This document shows positions 44,077 to 62,393 of a DNA stretch of 64,000 nucleotides, piece by piece. How positions within the stretch are numbered: position 1 is the first letter of the stretch; every line of letters begins with the position of its first letter. The translations under genes and the position numbers were made by a program. The notes beneath the pieces are model-generated. The model did not search any database. It saw nothing but the letters and a program-made list of their open reading frames with translations, and had not been told where the DNA came from. The stretch is taken from assembly GCF_009914755.1 (NCBI RefSeq), contig NC_060925.1; one strand, given 5' to 3'. Source of the DNA: the human T2T-CHM13v2.0 reference genome, Homo sapiens.

Positions 44077-45808
44077 ACCATGGAAATGCTTTAGCACATT
44101 TGTCCAGGCAAAGATTTTTGGGGTAAGACTTCAAAAGCACAGGCAACAAAAGCAAAAATTGACAAATGGGATCACATCTACCTAAAAAGCTTCAGTACAG
44201 CAAAGGAAAAAATCAGCACAGTCAACAGACAACCTACAGAATGGGAGAAAATGTTTGCAAACTATCTATCTGACAAGAAATTAATAAAAGACTATATAAG
44301 GAACTCAAACAACTCAACCAAAAAAATCCAATTAAAAAAACAAAACATTTGAATAGCCATTTCTCAAAAGGAGACATACAAATGTTCAACAGGTATATTT
44401 TAAAATGCTAAACATCACTAATAGTCAGGAAAATGCAAATCAAAATCACAATGAGATATCACCTCATCCCAGTTAAAACGGCTTTTATTCAAAGGACAGA
44501 AAATAACAGATGATGGTAAGGTTACAGAGGAAGGGGAATGCTCGTGCATGGTTGGTAGAAATGTAAATTAGTATAGCCACTATGGAAAGCAGTATGGAGG
44601 TTCCTCAAAGAAACAAAAATAGAACAAACATATAATCCAGCAGTCCCACTACTGGGTATGTATCCAAAAAAAAGGAAATCAGTATATTGAAGAGACATCT
44701 GCACTCTCATATTTATAGCACCACTATTCAAATAGCCATGATATGGAATCAACCTAAGTGTCCATCAATAGATAAACTGATAATGAAAATATGGTATATA
44801 TATACAATGGAATCAATTTTATTCAGTCATAAAAAAGAATGAAATCCTGTCATTTGCAGCAACATGAATTGAAGTGGGGGACATTATGTTAAGTGAAATA
44901 AGATAGGCACTAAAAGACACATATTGTGTGTTCTTACTTATATTTGGGAACTAAAAATATTGATCTCACAGAGGCAGTGAATAGAATGGTGGTTACCAAA
45001 GGCTGAAAAGGAGAGTGGAGAGGGAGCTGGAGTATGAAGAGGGGTTGGATAATAGGTACAAAAGTACAGCTAGATAAGAGGAATAAGTTCTAGGGCTCAA
45101 TAGCATGATAGAATGACTATAATTAATGATAATTTACTGTATATTTTTAAATAGCTAGAAGAGAAGATATGGAATGCTCCCAACACAAAGAAATTATAAA
45201 TGTTTGAAGTGATAGATATCCCAATTACACTGATTTTATCATTACATATTGTATGCATGTATCAAAATATCACATGGTCCCCATAAATATGTATAATTAC
45301 TGTTTGTGTATAAATTTTAAAAATTAGATATATGTATGTAATACCCATCCAGGGTTTTTGCCTTTCACAATTAGAACAATTAAATTTAGATAGTGTTTGA
45401 TATAACCAGTTAATAATGATGTGTTTGTATTCTCTCAATGTGTACCTCAGGACTATTCTTTCTGTGTACTTATTATATGGCCCTTCAGTGCTTACCATAT
45501 CAAAATGTGATATTTTCACATCCTTTCATATAGTCATTTGGCCTTTCAATGTATTCAAAACAAACTCTCCAGCTGCTCTTATTTATTTAAGATCCCAAGT
45601 TGAAAGTTACTAGGATGTATCCAAAACACAAGATTTCACCTGTTTATACAAAGATTAGTTCCCAAAGTAATACATGATTCAATACATAGTCAGTTTATAC
45701 CTGACTATGACCAAATAGCACACAAAAGAGCTCAAGCTTTAGAAGCCAAAAGACTAGCATGTACTTATTAACTAGATAATAGAGTTACTCTCTACTTCTA
45801 CTGACCAG

Positions 45809-46153
45809 TTACTATGGATTGAATGTTTGTGTCCCCTCAAAATCCATGTTGAAATCTTAACCCTCAATGTGATGGTGTGAGAAGATGGGCTTTTGGAAGG
45901 TAATTAGCTCATGAGATTGGAGCTTTCATAAATGGGATTTATGCCCTTATGAAAGGGACCTCAGCATTCTTTTGTTCCATCATGTGAGAATACAAAGACA
46001 AGTCACTGCCTGAAACACATACAGGACCCCTAACAGAATCCAAATATACTGGCACTCTGATCTCAGATCTCCAGAACTGTGAACAATAAGTGCTTGTTCT
46101 TTAAGCCATTCAGACTGTGGTAATTTGTTGTAGCAGCCAAACAGACTAAGACA
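45809..46153 (+). mobile_element. MLT1A/MST-type MaLR solo LTR
   Basis: ctatggattgaatgtttgtgtcccctcaaaatc...gtaatttgttgtagcagccaaacagactaagaca. Confidence 0.85.
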
Positions 46154-46174
46154 CCATTTCAAGAAAGGATCTGC

Positions 46175-48920
<2,746 letters not shown>

Positions 48921-48931
48921 AAAAAATATGA

Positions 48932-50288
<1,357 letters not shown>

Positions 50289-50974
50289 ATCTAGTACTAA
50301 CCCTATTTTACAGGATACTGAGACACAGATATGTATAGAATATCTGAAAGAATACACAAGAAACTGGTGATGGTAGCTGCTTTGGGGAAATGGAATGAAG
50401 TGCCGAACTAAGAGGAGGACTTATTTTCTCTGCTGTATTGTTCAAATTTTTTTGCCATGTGAACATACTATTGAATGGCTGTCACAAAGAAAAACTGATT
50501 AAACAGATGGAAAAACCCAGCAGTCACTGTCAAAAGACATAACATTTCTTTTTATTCGAAGAATATGGAAACACATGAAGATGTTTTCACAAAGCAGAAG
50601 ATAGCAAGCATGCTCCCAGACTGGGGTCTCTTAGAAAGCCTGAATTTTCACCTGGAAGCATTCTGGTTGTCTCTTATTTTATATAACTAATTTATTCACT
50701 TCCAAATAATTTGCCATTTGTGAAACTTTAAATCCTCTAAGAGTGTCTATTGCCATGTTTCTGCTAAACACATTGCTATCTCATTAAGACAACAACGGAA
50801 TTACCTATTAAAAATTATAAATTTTTAAACAAGTTATATCACTCCAGGTATAAGATAATAGGTTTTACTGTGGAAGTGGCACTGGGCTAATAAAAAATAG
50901 GTAACTATCAACTTGTTATAATTATATTCCTTGGGGAGGATTACTTAAAAAGAATGTCCTGGATCCTAGGAGCC

Positions 50975-51280
50975 TTTTTTTTTTTTTTTTTTTTTTTTTT
51001 GGTAAATAAGATCTCACTGTCACCCAGGCTGAAGTGCAGTGGCATAATCACGGCTCACATGCAACCTCGACCTCCTGGGCTCAAGCAATCCTCCAGCCTT
51101 AGCCTCCCGAGTAGCTAGGATTACAGGTATATGACACCATGCCCGGTTAATTTTTTGAGAAGGAGTTTCACCATGTTCCCCAGGCTGGTCAGCTGGTCTC
51201 CAGCTCCTGGGTTCAAGTGATCTGCCTGCCTTGGCCTCCCAAAGTGCTGTGATTACAAGCCTGAGCCACCACACCCGGCC
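50975..51280 (-). mobile_element. AluJ element
   Basis: T26 tail and reverse Alu; ggagc(c/t)ttt duplicated. Confidence 0.9.
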
Positions 51281-51371
51281 CTGGGAGCTTTTCAATAGTA
51301 TTTTCTGAAACGCTTGTTTATCTTTCTGTGGTTAAAGGAACATTTGACTGTGTGAAGAAAACAGACCAATT

Positions 51372-51700
51372 GGCTGGGCACAGTGGCTCACGCCTGCAAT
51401 CCCAGCACTTTGGGAGGCTGAGGCAGGCAGATCACCTGAGGTCAGGAGTTCAAGACCAGCCTGGCCAACATGGCAAAACCCCATCTCTATTAAAAATACA
51501 AAAACTAGCTGGGTGTGGTACAACGCACCTGTAATCCCAGCTACTCGGGAGGCTGGGGCAGGAGAATCACTAGAATCCAGGAGGTGGAGGTTGCAGTGAG
51601 CCAAGAGTAAGCCAAGATCACGCCACCGAACTACAGTCTAGGTGACAGAGTAAGACTCCAACAAAAGAAGAAGTGAGAAGAAGAAGAAGAGGAAGAGGAA
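51372..51700 (+). mobile_element. AluS element with GAA-rich tail
   Basis: Dimeric Alu; cagaccaat duplicated at ~51362 and ~51702. Confidence 0.92.
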
Positions 51701-53529
51701 GCAGACCAATAGAAAGGTATCTGGTCTTGAGACACAATCTTTTCAATTAAACTTCCTATTCATTTGTCCATCTGTCTATTTTTCTTGAGTTCTTTTTTCT
51801 TTTCTTTGTACCCAGATGAGCTCATTTTCTTGAGTTGTTACATAGCTGGAAGATAAAAAAAATTCTGCCAATCAAATGATGCTTCCTTAAATCTCATCTC
51901 TGCTGATGTTCTAGTCTTTAAGCTTGACCCAGTCCCATTCCTGAATTCCAAGCCTGACATGTGGATTCCCTATACCCAAGGTCACTGTACTGATTCCCTG
52001 CTTATGGTCTACTCCCTCTACATCTAGTCTCCATTCTGGCTTGACACTCCCAAACAAACTTTAGTCAAAGGCCTGCTCTTCCTGGGACAGCCCCTAGAGT
52101 GTATTACCTTTAGCCAGTGTATAGTCTCACCCAGTGGAGGACACAAATAAGATCTCATGTCAAACCATCACTACTGTCCCAACTTAGGAGGTGGGTAGCC
52201 GAGATTGATAAGGAGTTCTTTAATCTCTGGGAATGAAACACTTTAAAAATCTTATTACTTTTAATAACGAACATTCCCCTAACTCTTGTTGTCAGAATTC
52301 TGACGCCACTATAAGTTCTCCCTTACGTTCTTCCCATCCCCACCACACATACACACACAAACACACATGCACGCACAAAAAAAAACACCAGACACATACA
52401 AACCCATGTATTTAAATAAATAAAATACTTGAGCAATTTCTTCACAGTCTTGAGGACAGAAATTGAGTCTCAAACATACCAGGAGCTTTACTAAATTCTC
52501 TATATACATCTTTCACCTTCATAGATGAATGAAAGGGTTTCTGCCAACACTTCAGTAAATTATAAAAGCCAAATATCTCTGTTTTGAGGGTTGAATTATT
52601 AGGGGAAAAACAAATATGGAACCTATTTAAAAATGTATAACATGAGAGAAGGATAGCACTTACTATACAAATTAGAATTAGACATAATCCCCAGCCTGAA
52701 GGAGCTCAAGAGTTGAGCAAATAGAATTAATGATACAAATTACAAGACTTCTAAAATACAAAAAGAGAAGATAAAGAGATCAAAAAGATAGAAGATATGA
52801 TAATGAATACAGAAAATAGTCATATTTCTAACCTTTTGAACCTGTAAATAACAGAAAACTCTAAAGGACAAAGGAAAATAAAGTAAGCAAAGGTAATAAT
52901 CAATGATACCTAAAAGAAAACCTTCCCAATTTAAGAAGTTATTTGATCCCAGAGTTGAGATATTCCTACATGTAAGGAAAAATTAATAAATATATTATGA
53001 TGACTTTTAAAGCTCAAAAGTAAAGAAAGACTCTAAAAAATTCTAGACAACACAAAATGAAATTACATACAACAGAATGAAAGGGAATTTGCCTTCTTTT
53101 TTGCAATTCTAAATGCTAGAAACAATAGAATTAAAACTAGGTCTAAATCTCCCATGAAAAACTAAAGTTATTTTGTTTTTATATTTGACAATTATATAAA
53201 TATGCTTAATAATGTTTTGAAATTTGTAATGGCTTAAAGTGGAATTTAAAATAGACTGTCCCAACTTCTAGATCACTGGAGAAGAAGGTGGGTAAACCAA
53301 TCTATATATAGGAGAAAATACAGAATTGGGGAAGAAGAAGAGTGTGCTGAACAATTCAGAAAAGATAGCTGTCATTATATTCTTTCTGACAAGGAGTAAG
53401 ATAGAAACCACACCCCCTCTTCAAAGAGGGTTCTTGTGACTATACTTTGAAATTCATGACCTGATTATCCCAATAATAGGGACAGTTGTCTTACTGGAGT
53501 TTTAAATGCCAGACATATGGTGAGGAATT

Positions 53530-54078
53530 GTGTTAAAATATATCTGGGATTTGTTTTAATTGGGTATGATAAGACATGCACACACAGAAACAGAAATGAC
53601 CGTCATGAAGAAAGAAGTTTATACTCACACATCCTTAGAAACAGGAAGCACTGCACGTAACATAGGGAAGCACCAAGGTCACTCAGGAGACAAAGGCGTA
53701 AGGAGAAAGCATGGACCAAAGACTTTCCTATGGTTTTTACAAGAAGGAATGAGTAAGGTAAGGTAGGCAGATTTAGGAGTGGTTTGTTTGAATAACTTAG
53801 TGGGCTCTGGGGTATAGGAATTCCCCCATTGCCTGGAACCTGGCCCTGAGGTGATCTTAGGGGATGGGGCTTAACCTGTGGGAGCTCCATAAAAGAAGCA
53901 GTTGGTGTGCGTGGACTCTGGATTTACTCATTTTCACATAAAAACAGTATTCACAGGAGAGTAATTTGCTAGCTCTAGAAATTAGCTAACCATAGGAGGA
54001 GCAGTCTCTTCAAAATTAGCAAGGCCCTCAGATGTCAAAACATCATAAAATACAGAAAATAGAAAAATGCTAATATAC
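53530..54078. mobile_element. Old ERV LTR (MER68/MER76-like, name uncertain)
   Basis: TG-starting ~550-bp block with LTR-like composition interrupting decayed A-rich L1-like sequence. Confidence 0.4.
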
Positions 54079-56914
54079 GCATCCAGGAGTTAGAGAAGCA
54101 GAGAGACTCACTGAGAGAAACCAGTAAGTAAAATTCATAAATAAATAGATGCCATGAGGAAATAGAACCATAAAAAAGCAGAAAATCATAAAACTATAAG
54201 TTCTCTGAGAACAGTAATTGCCTCCATCTTATTCACAGTTCAATATCTCCAGCAACTTTGACATTGTTTTAATAAAGGTATTGAATTAATGACTGGATCA
54301 CTCGCTTTAAAAATCAAACAATACTAGAGAAAACAAGGGCAAAGAGAATTGATAGTGATGAGTGCAGTAGAAAGAGAGTCACTTAGAAAGGGCGAAGCTC
54401 TCAAGCACAGAAACAGACATTAGCTGCTGAAAGGACAATAGAAAAAGCTGATCTCGAACCAAGCTGTATTCTGATACAGGCTGAAGTTTTCTGAAATGGC
54501 TGTAGAGGAACTGAAACTATTTCTTTTTATTTTCACATGGATTCTTAAAATAATTCTTATTAATAATACCTAATATGCGTTAATGGAAGACTAACCATAA
54601 CCTTACATCATACAGAAAGTTCCAACTTGGAGGACGTAGAGCAACATGGCCTTCTAGAAACCTCCAGTGATCATTTCCACCACAGCAACACCAAACTGAC
54701 CAACTATCCACCCAAAAAAGCACCTTCATAAGAACCAAAATCAGGTGAGCAATCATAGTGCCTGCTTTTTGTTTCTTTGTTTGTTTGCCATGCAAACCAA
54801 CAACTTGCAACAGTATCTGCTTTTAACATGTCAGAAAAGAGGCGCTGAAAAAGGCAAGTACCAAATACAGGCTTGAATTGCCTATGCCACCCTTCCCCCA
54901 TCCCCTGGAGTTAGCCACATGTCACAGAGGGAAAAATCTGTGTACTTTGGGGAGGGAAAGCACAGTGATTGTAAGATTTGCATTGGAATTCAGTGCCGCA
55001 CTGTCACAGTGGAAAGCAACAAGGGGCAAAACTCAGCCTGGGCCCACAGAGAAAGCATTTAGACCAGCCCTAGCCAGAGGTGAATTATCCATCCCAACAG
55101 CAAGAACCTGAGATCCAGAGAGTCCCACCACCATGGGCTAAAGTGCTCTGGGGTGCTTAATAAATTTGAAAGACAGTCTAGGCCACAAGGACAGCAATTC
55201 CTGGGCAAGTCCTGGTCCTGTGCTGGTCTTGGAGTCAGTATACTTGAAGTGCATGCAACCTAGTGAGACAGCAACCAGGGCAGCCAAAGGAGTGCTTGCA
55301 TGACCCCTCCCCAAAACCTAGGCAGCACCAATTGCAGCTCTGGGAGAGATTCCTTTTCTCTGCTTGAGAAGAAGAGAAGGGACAGTAAAGAGAACTTTGT
55401 CTTGTAACTTGATACCACCTCAGCCGCAGTAGAATAGGGCAACAGGCAGAGTCCTGAGGCACCCATTCTAGGCCCTAGCTCCAGGATGACATTCATAGAC
55501 ATGCCCTGGGCCAGAAGGAAACTCATTGCCTTGAAGGGAAGGACTCAGTCCTGGCAAGATTAATAACCAGCTGACTTGAGAGCCCTTCAGCCCTGACTAG
55601 TCAGCAGTAGCCCAGTAGTACTCACCATGGGCCTTGGGTGAGACTCAGAGCTCTGCCGGCTTCAGGTATGACTCAGCACATTCCTAGCTATGGTGGTTTT
55701 GAGAAAAGACTCCTGCTTGAGGAAAGAGCAAGGAAGAGTAATGGGACTTTATCTTGTAGCTTGGTTACCAGCTCAGCCACAGTGGGGTAGAGCACCAACT
55801 GGGCTCTTGGGGTCTCTGATTCCAGGACTTGGATCCTGGATGGCTTTTCTAAACCTGCCCTGTGCCAGAGGGGAGCCCACTGCCCTGAAGGGAGAGACTG
55901 AAGAGGTCTTGGGCCTTGAGTGAATATTGGCAGTAGCTAGGCTGTACTTGCTGTGGGTCGGGGGTGTGATGACCACAAGGAAAACTCTGCTTGAGGAAGG
56001 GGGAGGAAAGACTGGGAAAGACTTTCTCTTGTGGCTTGGGTTCCAACTCACTGTAGTAGAATAGACCACCAGGTAGATTTCAAAAGTTCCTGACTTCAGA
56101 CCCTAGCTCCCAGACAGCATCACTGGACCTACTAGGGGAAGGGGGGAGCTCACTGCCCTGAAGGGAAAGACACAAGCCTGACTAGATTCTCCACATGCTA
56201 ACTGAAGAGCCCTTAGGCCTTGAGTGAACATAGGTGGTAGGTAGGGAGTGGTCACAGTGGGCTTTGGGCAAGACCCAGTGCTGTGTTGGCTTCAGGCCTG
56301 ACCCAGCATAACCCCAGTGCTGGCGACCACAAGAGTGCTTGTGCCATCCTTCCCCAAGCTCCTAGGAGCTCAGAACAGAGAGACTCTGCTTGTTTAGGGA
56401 AAGATAAGAGAGGAGAACAAGAGTCTGCCTAGTAATCCAGGGAATTCTCCTGGATCTTACCTAAGATCACCAGGGTAGTACCCCTATGAGTCTGCAAGAG
56501 CCATTGTTTCACTGAGCTTGGGGTCTCATAATGCAGATATGACCCGAGAGATTTTCATCACAACACTTAAGTCCCTTTGAATACCTGGAAAGCCTTCTGA
56601 AGGAGGACAGGTACAAACAGACTGCAAAGACTATAATAAATACCTAACTCTTTAATGCCCAGACACCAATGAACATCTAAAAGCATCAAGACCAGCAAAA
56701 CATGACCTCACCAAACAAACTAAAGAAGACACCAGGCACCAGTCACAGAGAGAGAGAGATATATGACCTTCCAGACAGAGAATTCAAAAGAGCTGTTTTG
56801 AGGAAGCTCAAAGACATTCAAGATAACACAGAGAAGGAATTCAGATTCCTATCAGAAAAATTTAACAAAGAGATTGGAATAATTAAAAAGAATCAAGTAG
56901 ACATTCTGAGGTGA

Positions 56915-57340
<426 letters not shown>

Positions 57341-57469
57341 AGAAAAAATAATTTTAAAAAATGAAGTGCACCTACAGGATCTAGAAAATAGCCTCAAAAG
57401 GGCAAAACTAAGAGTTATTGGCCTTAAAGAGGAGATAGAGAAAGGGATAGGAGTAGAAAGTTTATTCAA

Positions 57470-59360
57470 TTTTAATTTTCTGCATATGGCTAGCCAGTTC
57501 TCCCAGCACCATTTATTAAATAGAGAATCCATTCTCCATTGCTTGTTTTTGTCAGGTTTGTCGAATATCAGATGGTTGTAGATGTGCAGTCTTATTTCTG
57601 AGTTCTGTATTCTGTTTCATTGATCTATGTGTCTGTTTTTGTACTAGTACCATGCTCTTTGGTTACTGTAGAGCCTTGTGGTAGTTTGAAGTCAGGTAGC
57701 ATGATGCCTTCAGCTTTGTTCTTTTTGCTTAGGACTCTGTCTTGGCCACCCAGGCTCTTTTCTGGTTTCATACGAATTTTAAAATATTTTTTTCTAATCC
57801 TGTGAAGAATGTCAACAGTAGTTTAATAGAAATAGCATTAAATCTATAAATTATTTTGGGCAGTATGGCCACTTTCACAATATTCATACTTCCTGTCCAT
57901 GAGTATGGAATGTTTTTTCATTTGTTGTGTCTTCTCTGATTTCCTTTAGCAGTGGTTCATAGTTCTTCTTGAACAGGTCCTTTACTTCCCTCATTAGCTG
58001 TATTCCTAGGTGTTTTATTCTCTTTGTAGCAATTGTGAGTGGGAGTTTTTTTCACGATTTGGCTCTCTGCTCATCTGTTGTTGGTATATAGGAATGCTTA
58101 AGCTTTTTGCACATTGATTTTGTATCCTGAGACTTTGTTGAAGTTGCTTATCAGCTTAAGAAGCTTTTGGACTGAGACGATCACTCCCTTACACCTTATA
58201 TAAAAATTAACTCAAGATGGATTAAAGACTTAAATATAAAATCAAAAACTATAAAAACCCTAGAAGAATATCTAGGCAATAACATTCAGGACATAGCCAT
58301 GGGCAAAGATTTCATGACAAAAACATCAGAAGCAACTGCAACAAAAGCAAAAATTGACAAATGGGATCTAATTAAACTAAAGAGCTTCTGCAGAGCAAAA
58401 GAAACTATCATCAGAGTGAACAGACAACCTATAGAATGAGAGAAAATTTTTGCAATCTATCCATCTAACAAAGGTCTAATATCCAGAATCTACAAGGAAC
58501 TTAAATAAATTTGTAAGAAAAAACAACCCCATTAAAAGTGGGCAAAGGACATGAACAGATGCTTTTCAAAACAAGACATACATGTGGCTAACAAACATAT
58601 GAAAAAAAGCTCAACATCACTGATCATTAGAGAAATGCAATTCAAAACTGCAATGAGATATCATCTCATGCCAGTCAGAATGGCAATTATTAAAAAGTCA
58701 AGAAACATATGTTGGCGAGGCTGCAGAGCAATAGAAATGCTTTTACATTGTTGGTGGGAATGTAAATTAGTTCAACTATTCTGGAAGACAGTGTGGCAAT
58801 TCCTCAAAGAACTAGAACTGGAAATACCGTTTGATGCAGCAATCCCATTACTGGCTACATACCCAAAGGAACAGAAATTTTTCTATTATAAAAATACATG
58901 CACACATATGTTCATTGCAGCACTATTCACAATCACAAAGACACAGAATGAACCCAAATGCCCATCAATGATAGACTCAATAAAGAAAATGTGGTACATA
59001 TAGACCATGAAATACTATGCAGATGCAGCCATAAAAAGGAACAAGATCATGTCCTTTGCAGTGACATGGATGGAGCTGGAAGCCATTATTCTCAGCAAAC
59101 TAAAGCAGGAACAGAAAACCAAACACTGCATGTTCCCACTTATCAGTGGGAGCTGAACATAGAAACATAGGGTGGAGAATAACACACACTGGGGCTTGTT
59201 GGGAAAAAATGTTGGAAGGGGGAGCATTAGGAAAAATAGCTAATGCATACTGGGCTTTATAACAGGAGATAGATTGATAGGTGCAGCAAATCACCATGGT
59301 ACACATTTACTTAGGTAACAAACCTGCACATCCTGCACATATACCCTGGAACTTAAAATT
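57470..59360 (+). mobile_element. 5'-inverted L1PA (approx. PA8-10) nested in old L1 ORF1 (inverted 57470-~58181, forward ~58182-59360)
   Basis: Strand switch at contiguous consensus positions; degenerate TSD aaagtttattcaa / aaattttatttaa; host ORF1 resumes afterwards. Confidence 0.88.
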
Positions 59361-60408
59361 TTATTTAAAGGTATAGTAACAAAACTTCCAAAACCTAGAG
59401 AAAGATATCAATATCCAAGTACAAGAAGGTTATAGAACACCAAGCAGATTTAACCAAAAGAAGAGTACCTCAAGACATTTAATAATCAAACTCCCAAACG
59501 TCAAGGATAAAGAAAGGATTCTAAAAGCAGAAAGAGAAAAGAAACAAGTAATATAAAATGGAGTATTTCTGGCAGCAGACTTTTCAGTGTAAACCTTACA
59601 GGCCAGGAGAGAGTGGCATGACATATTTAAAGTGCTGGGAAAAAAAGTTTATCCTAGAACATTATATTCGGTGAACATGAAGGAGAATTAAGGACTTTCC
59701 CAGATAAACATAAGCTGAGGGATTTCATCAACACCAGATCTCTCCTAAAAGAAATGTTAAAGACAGTTCTTCAATCAGAAAGAAAAGGACATTAATGAGC
59801 AATAAAAAATCATCTAAACATACAAAACTCACTGGTAACAGTAAATACAGAAAAAAAACAGCTAAATAACACTGTAATTGTGATATGTAAACTACTTGAG
59901 TAGAAGGGCTAAAAGTTTAACCTATCAAAAATAATAACTACAAAAACTTTTCAAGACATAGATAGTATAATAAGATAAATGGAAACAACAAAAAGAAAAA
60001 GTGTTGAGTTTTGTTTTCTCTTTGCTTGTTTATTAATTTGTTTAAGCAATCAGTGATAAGTTGTTATCAGTTTAAAATAATGGCTTATACTATTTGTAAG
60101 CCTCATGGTAACCTCAAATTTAAAAACATAAAACAGATACACAAAGAATTTTAAAAAGCAATATGTTAAAACATATCATCAGATAAAAACACCTTCACTA
60201 AAAGGAAGACAGAAAGGAAAGGAAGAAGAAAGAAAATGCCACAAAACAACTGGAAAACTAATAACAAAATGGTAGGAGTAAGTCCTTAATTATCAATAAT
60301 AACTGAAAGTGGAACAAACTCTCCAATAAAAAAACGTAGAGTAACTAAATGCATAAAAAAAACAAGACCCAGTGCAATCATCTGTTACCTATAAAAAACA
60401 CATTTCCA

Positions 60409-61313
60409 AGGGAGGAACCAAGATGGCCGAATAGGAACAGCTCCGGTCTACAGCTCCCAGCCTGAGCGACGCAGAAGATGGGTGATTTCTGCATTTCCAT
60501 CTGAGGTACCGGGTTCATCTCACTAGGGAGTGCCAGACAGTGGGCGCAGGTCAGTGGGTGCACGCACCGTGCACGAGCCGAAGCAGGGCGAGGCATTGCC
60601 TCACTTGGGAAGTGCAAGGGGTCAGGGAGTTCCCTTTCCTAATCAAAGAAAGGGGTGATGGACGGCACCAGGAAAATTGGGTCACTCCCACCCAAATACT
60701 GCGCTTTTCCAAAGGGCTTAGAAAACGGCGCACCACGAGATTATATCCTGCACCTGGCTCGGAGGGTCCTACCCCACGGAGTCTCACTGATTGCTAGCAC
60801 AGCAGTCTGAGATCAAACTGCAAGGCTGAAGCGAGGCTGGGGGAGGGGCGCCCACCAATGCCCAGGCTTGCTTAGGTAAACAAAGCAGCAGGGAAGCTCG
60901 AACTGGGTGGAGCCCACCACAGCTCAAGGAGGCCTGCCTGCCTCTGTAGGCTCCACCTCTGGGGGCAGGGCACAGACAAACAAAAACACAGCAGTAACCT
61001 CTGCAGACTTAAATGTCCCTGTCTGACAGCTTTGAAGAGAGCAGTGGTTCTCCCAGTACGCAGCTGGAGATCTGAGAACGGGCAGATTGCCTCCTCAAGT
61101 GGGTCCCTGACCCCTGACACCCGAGCAGCCTAACTGGGAGGCACCCTCCAGCAGGGGCACACTGACACCTCACACTGCAGGGTACTCCAACAGACCTGCA
61201 GCTGACGGTCCTGTCTGTTAGAAGGAAAACTAACAAACAGAAAGGACATCCACACCAAAAACCCATCTGTACATCACCATCATCAAAGACCAAAAGTAGA
61301 TAAAACCACAAAG
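60409..61313 (+). promoter_or_regulatory. L1 5' UTR internal sense promoter plus antisense promoter; YY1 site caagatggcc at 60419-60428
   Basis: Match to the L1 5' UTR; many CpGs retained. Confidence 0.85.
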
Positions 61314-62330
61314 ATGGGGAAAAAACAGAACAGAAAAACTGGAAACTCTAAAAATCAGAGCGCCTCTCCTCCTCCAAAGGAACGCAGCTCCTCACCAGCA
61401 ATGGAACAAAGCTGCACGGAGAATGACTTTGACGAGCTGAGAGAAGAAGGCTTCAGACGATCAAATTACCCTGAGCTATGGGAGGACATTCAAACCAAAG
61501 GTAAAGAAGTTGAAAACTTTGAAAAAAATTTAGAAGAATGTATAACTAGAATAATCAATACAGAGAAGTGCGTAAAGGAGCTGATGGAGCTGAAAACGAA
61601 GGCTCGAGAACTACGTGAAGAATGCAGAAGCCTCAGGAGCCGATGCTATCAACTGGAAGACAGGGTATCAGCGATGGAAGATGAAATGAATGAAATGAAG
61701 CGAGAAGGGAAGTTTAGAGAAAAAAGAATAAAAAGAAAGGAACAAAGCCTCCAAGAAATATGGGACTATGTGAAAAGACCAAATCTACATCTGATTGGTG
61801 TACCTGAAAGTGATGGGGAGAACGGAACCAAGTTGGAAAACACTCTGCAGGATATTATCCAGGAGAATTTCCCCAATCTAGCAAGGCAGGCCAACGTTCA
61901 GATTCAGAAAACACAGAGAACGCCACAAAGATACTCCTCGAGAAGAGCAACTCCAAGACATGCAATTGTCAGATTCACCAAAGTTGAAATGAAGGAAAAA
62001 ATGTTAAGGGCAGCCAGAGAGAAAGGTCGGGTTACCCTCAAAGGGAAGCCCATCAGACTAACAGCGGATCTCTCAACAGAACCCCTACAAGCCAGAAGAG
62101 AGTGGGGGCCAATATTCAACATTCTTAAAGAAAAGAATTTTCAACCCAGAATTTCATATCCAGCCAAACTAAGCTTCATAAGTGAAGGAGAAATAAAATA
62201 CTTTACAGACAAGCAAATGCTGAGAGATTTTGTCACCACCAGGCCTGCCCTAAAAGAGCTCCTGAAGGAAGCGCTAAACATGGAAAGGAACAACTGGTAC
62301 CAGCCGCTGCAAAATCATGCCAAAATGTAA
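61314..62330 (+). CDS. LINE-1 ORF1p (338 aa, full length)
   Basis: MGKKQNRKTGNSK...LQNHAKM; REKG, ARR and YPAKLS motifs intact. Confidence 0.95.
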   Translation: MGKKQNRKTGNSKNQSASPPPKERSSSPAMEQSCTENDFDELREEGFRRSNYPELWEDIQTKGKEVENFEKNLEECITRIINTEKCVKELMELKTKARELREECRSLRSRCYQLEDRVSAMEDEMNEMKREGKFREKRIKRKEQSLQEIWDYVKRPNLHLIGVPESDGENGTKLENTLQDIIQENFPNLARQANVQIQKTQRTPQRYSSRRATPRHAIVRFTKVEMKEKMLRAAREKGRVTLKGKPIRLTADLSTEPLQARREWGPIFNILKEKNFQPRISYPAKLSFISEGEIKYFTDKQMLRDFVTTRPALKELLKEALNMERNNWYQPLQNHAKM

Positions 62331-62393
62331 AGACCATCGAGACTAGGAAGAAACTGCATCAACTAACAAGCAAAATAACCAGCTAACATCATA

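Noticed and set aside
60640-60860. L1 ORF0
   Set aside because: Homologous peptide is visible, but the start codon is mutated (minus strand ggcaTTGgtg instead of ggcaATGgcg).
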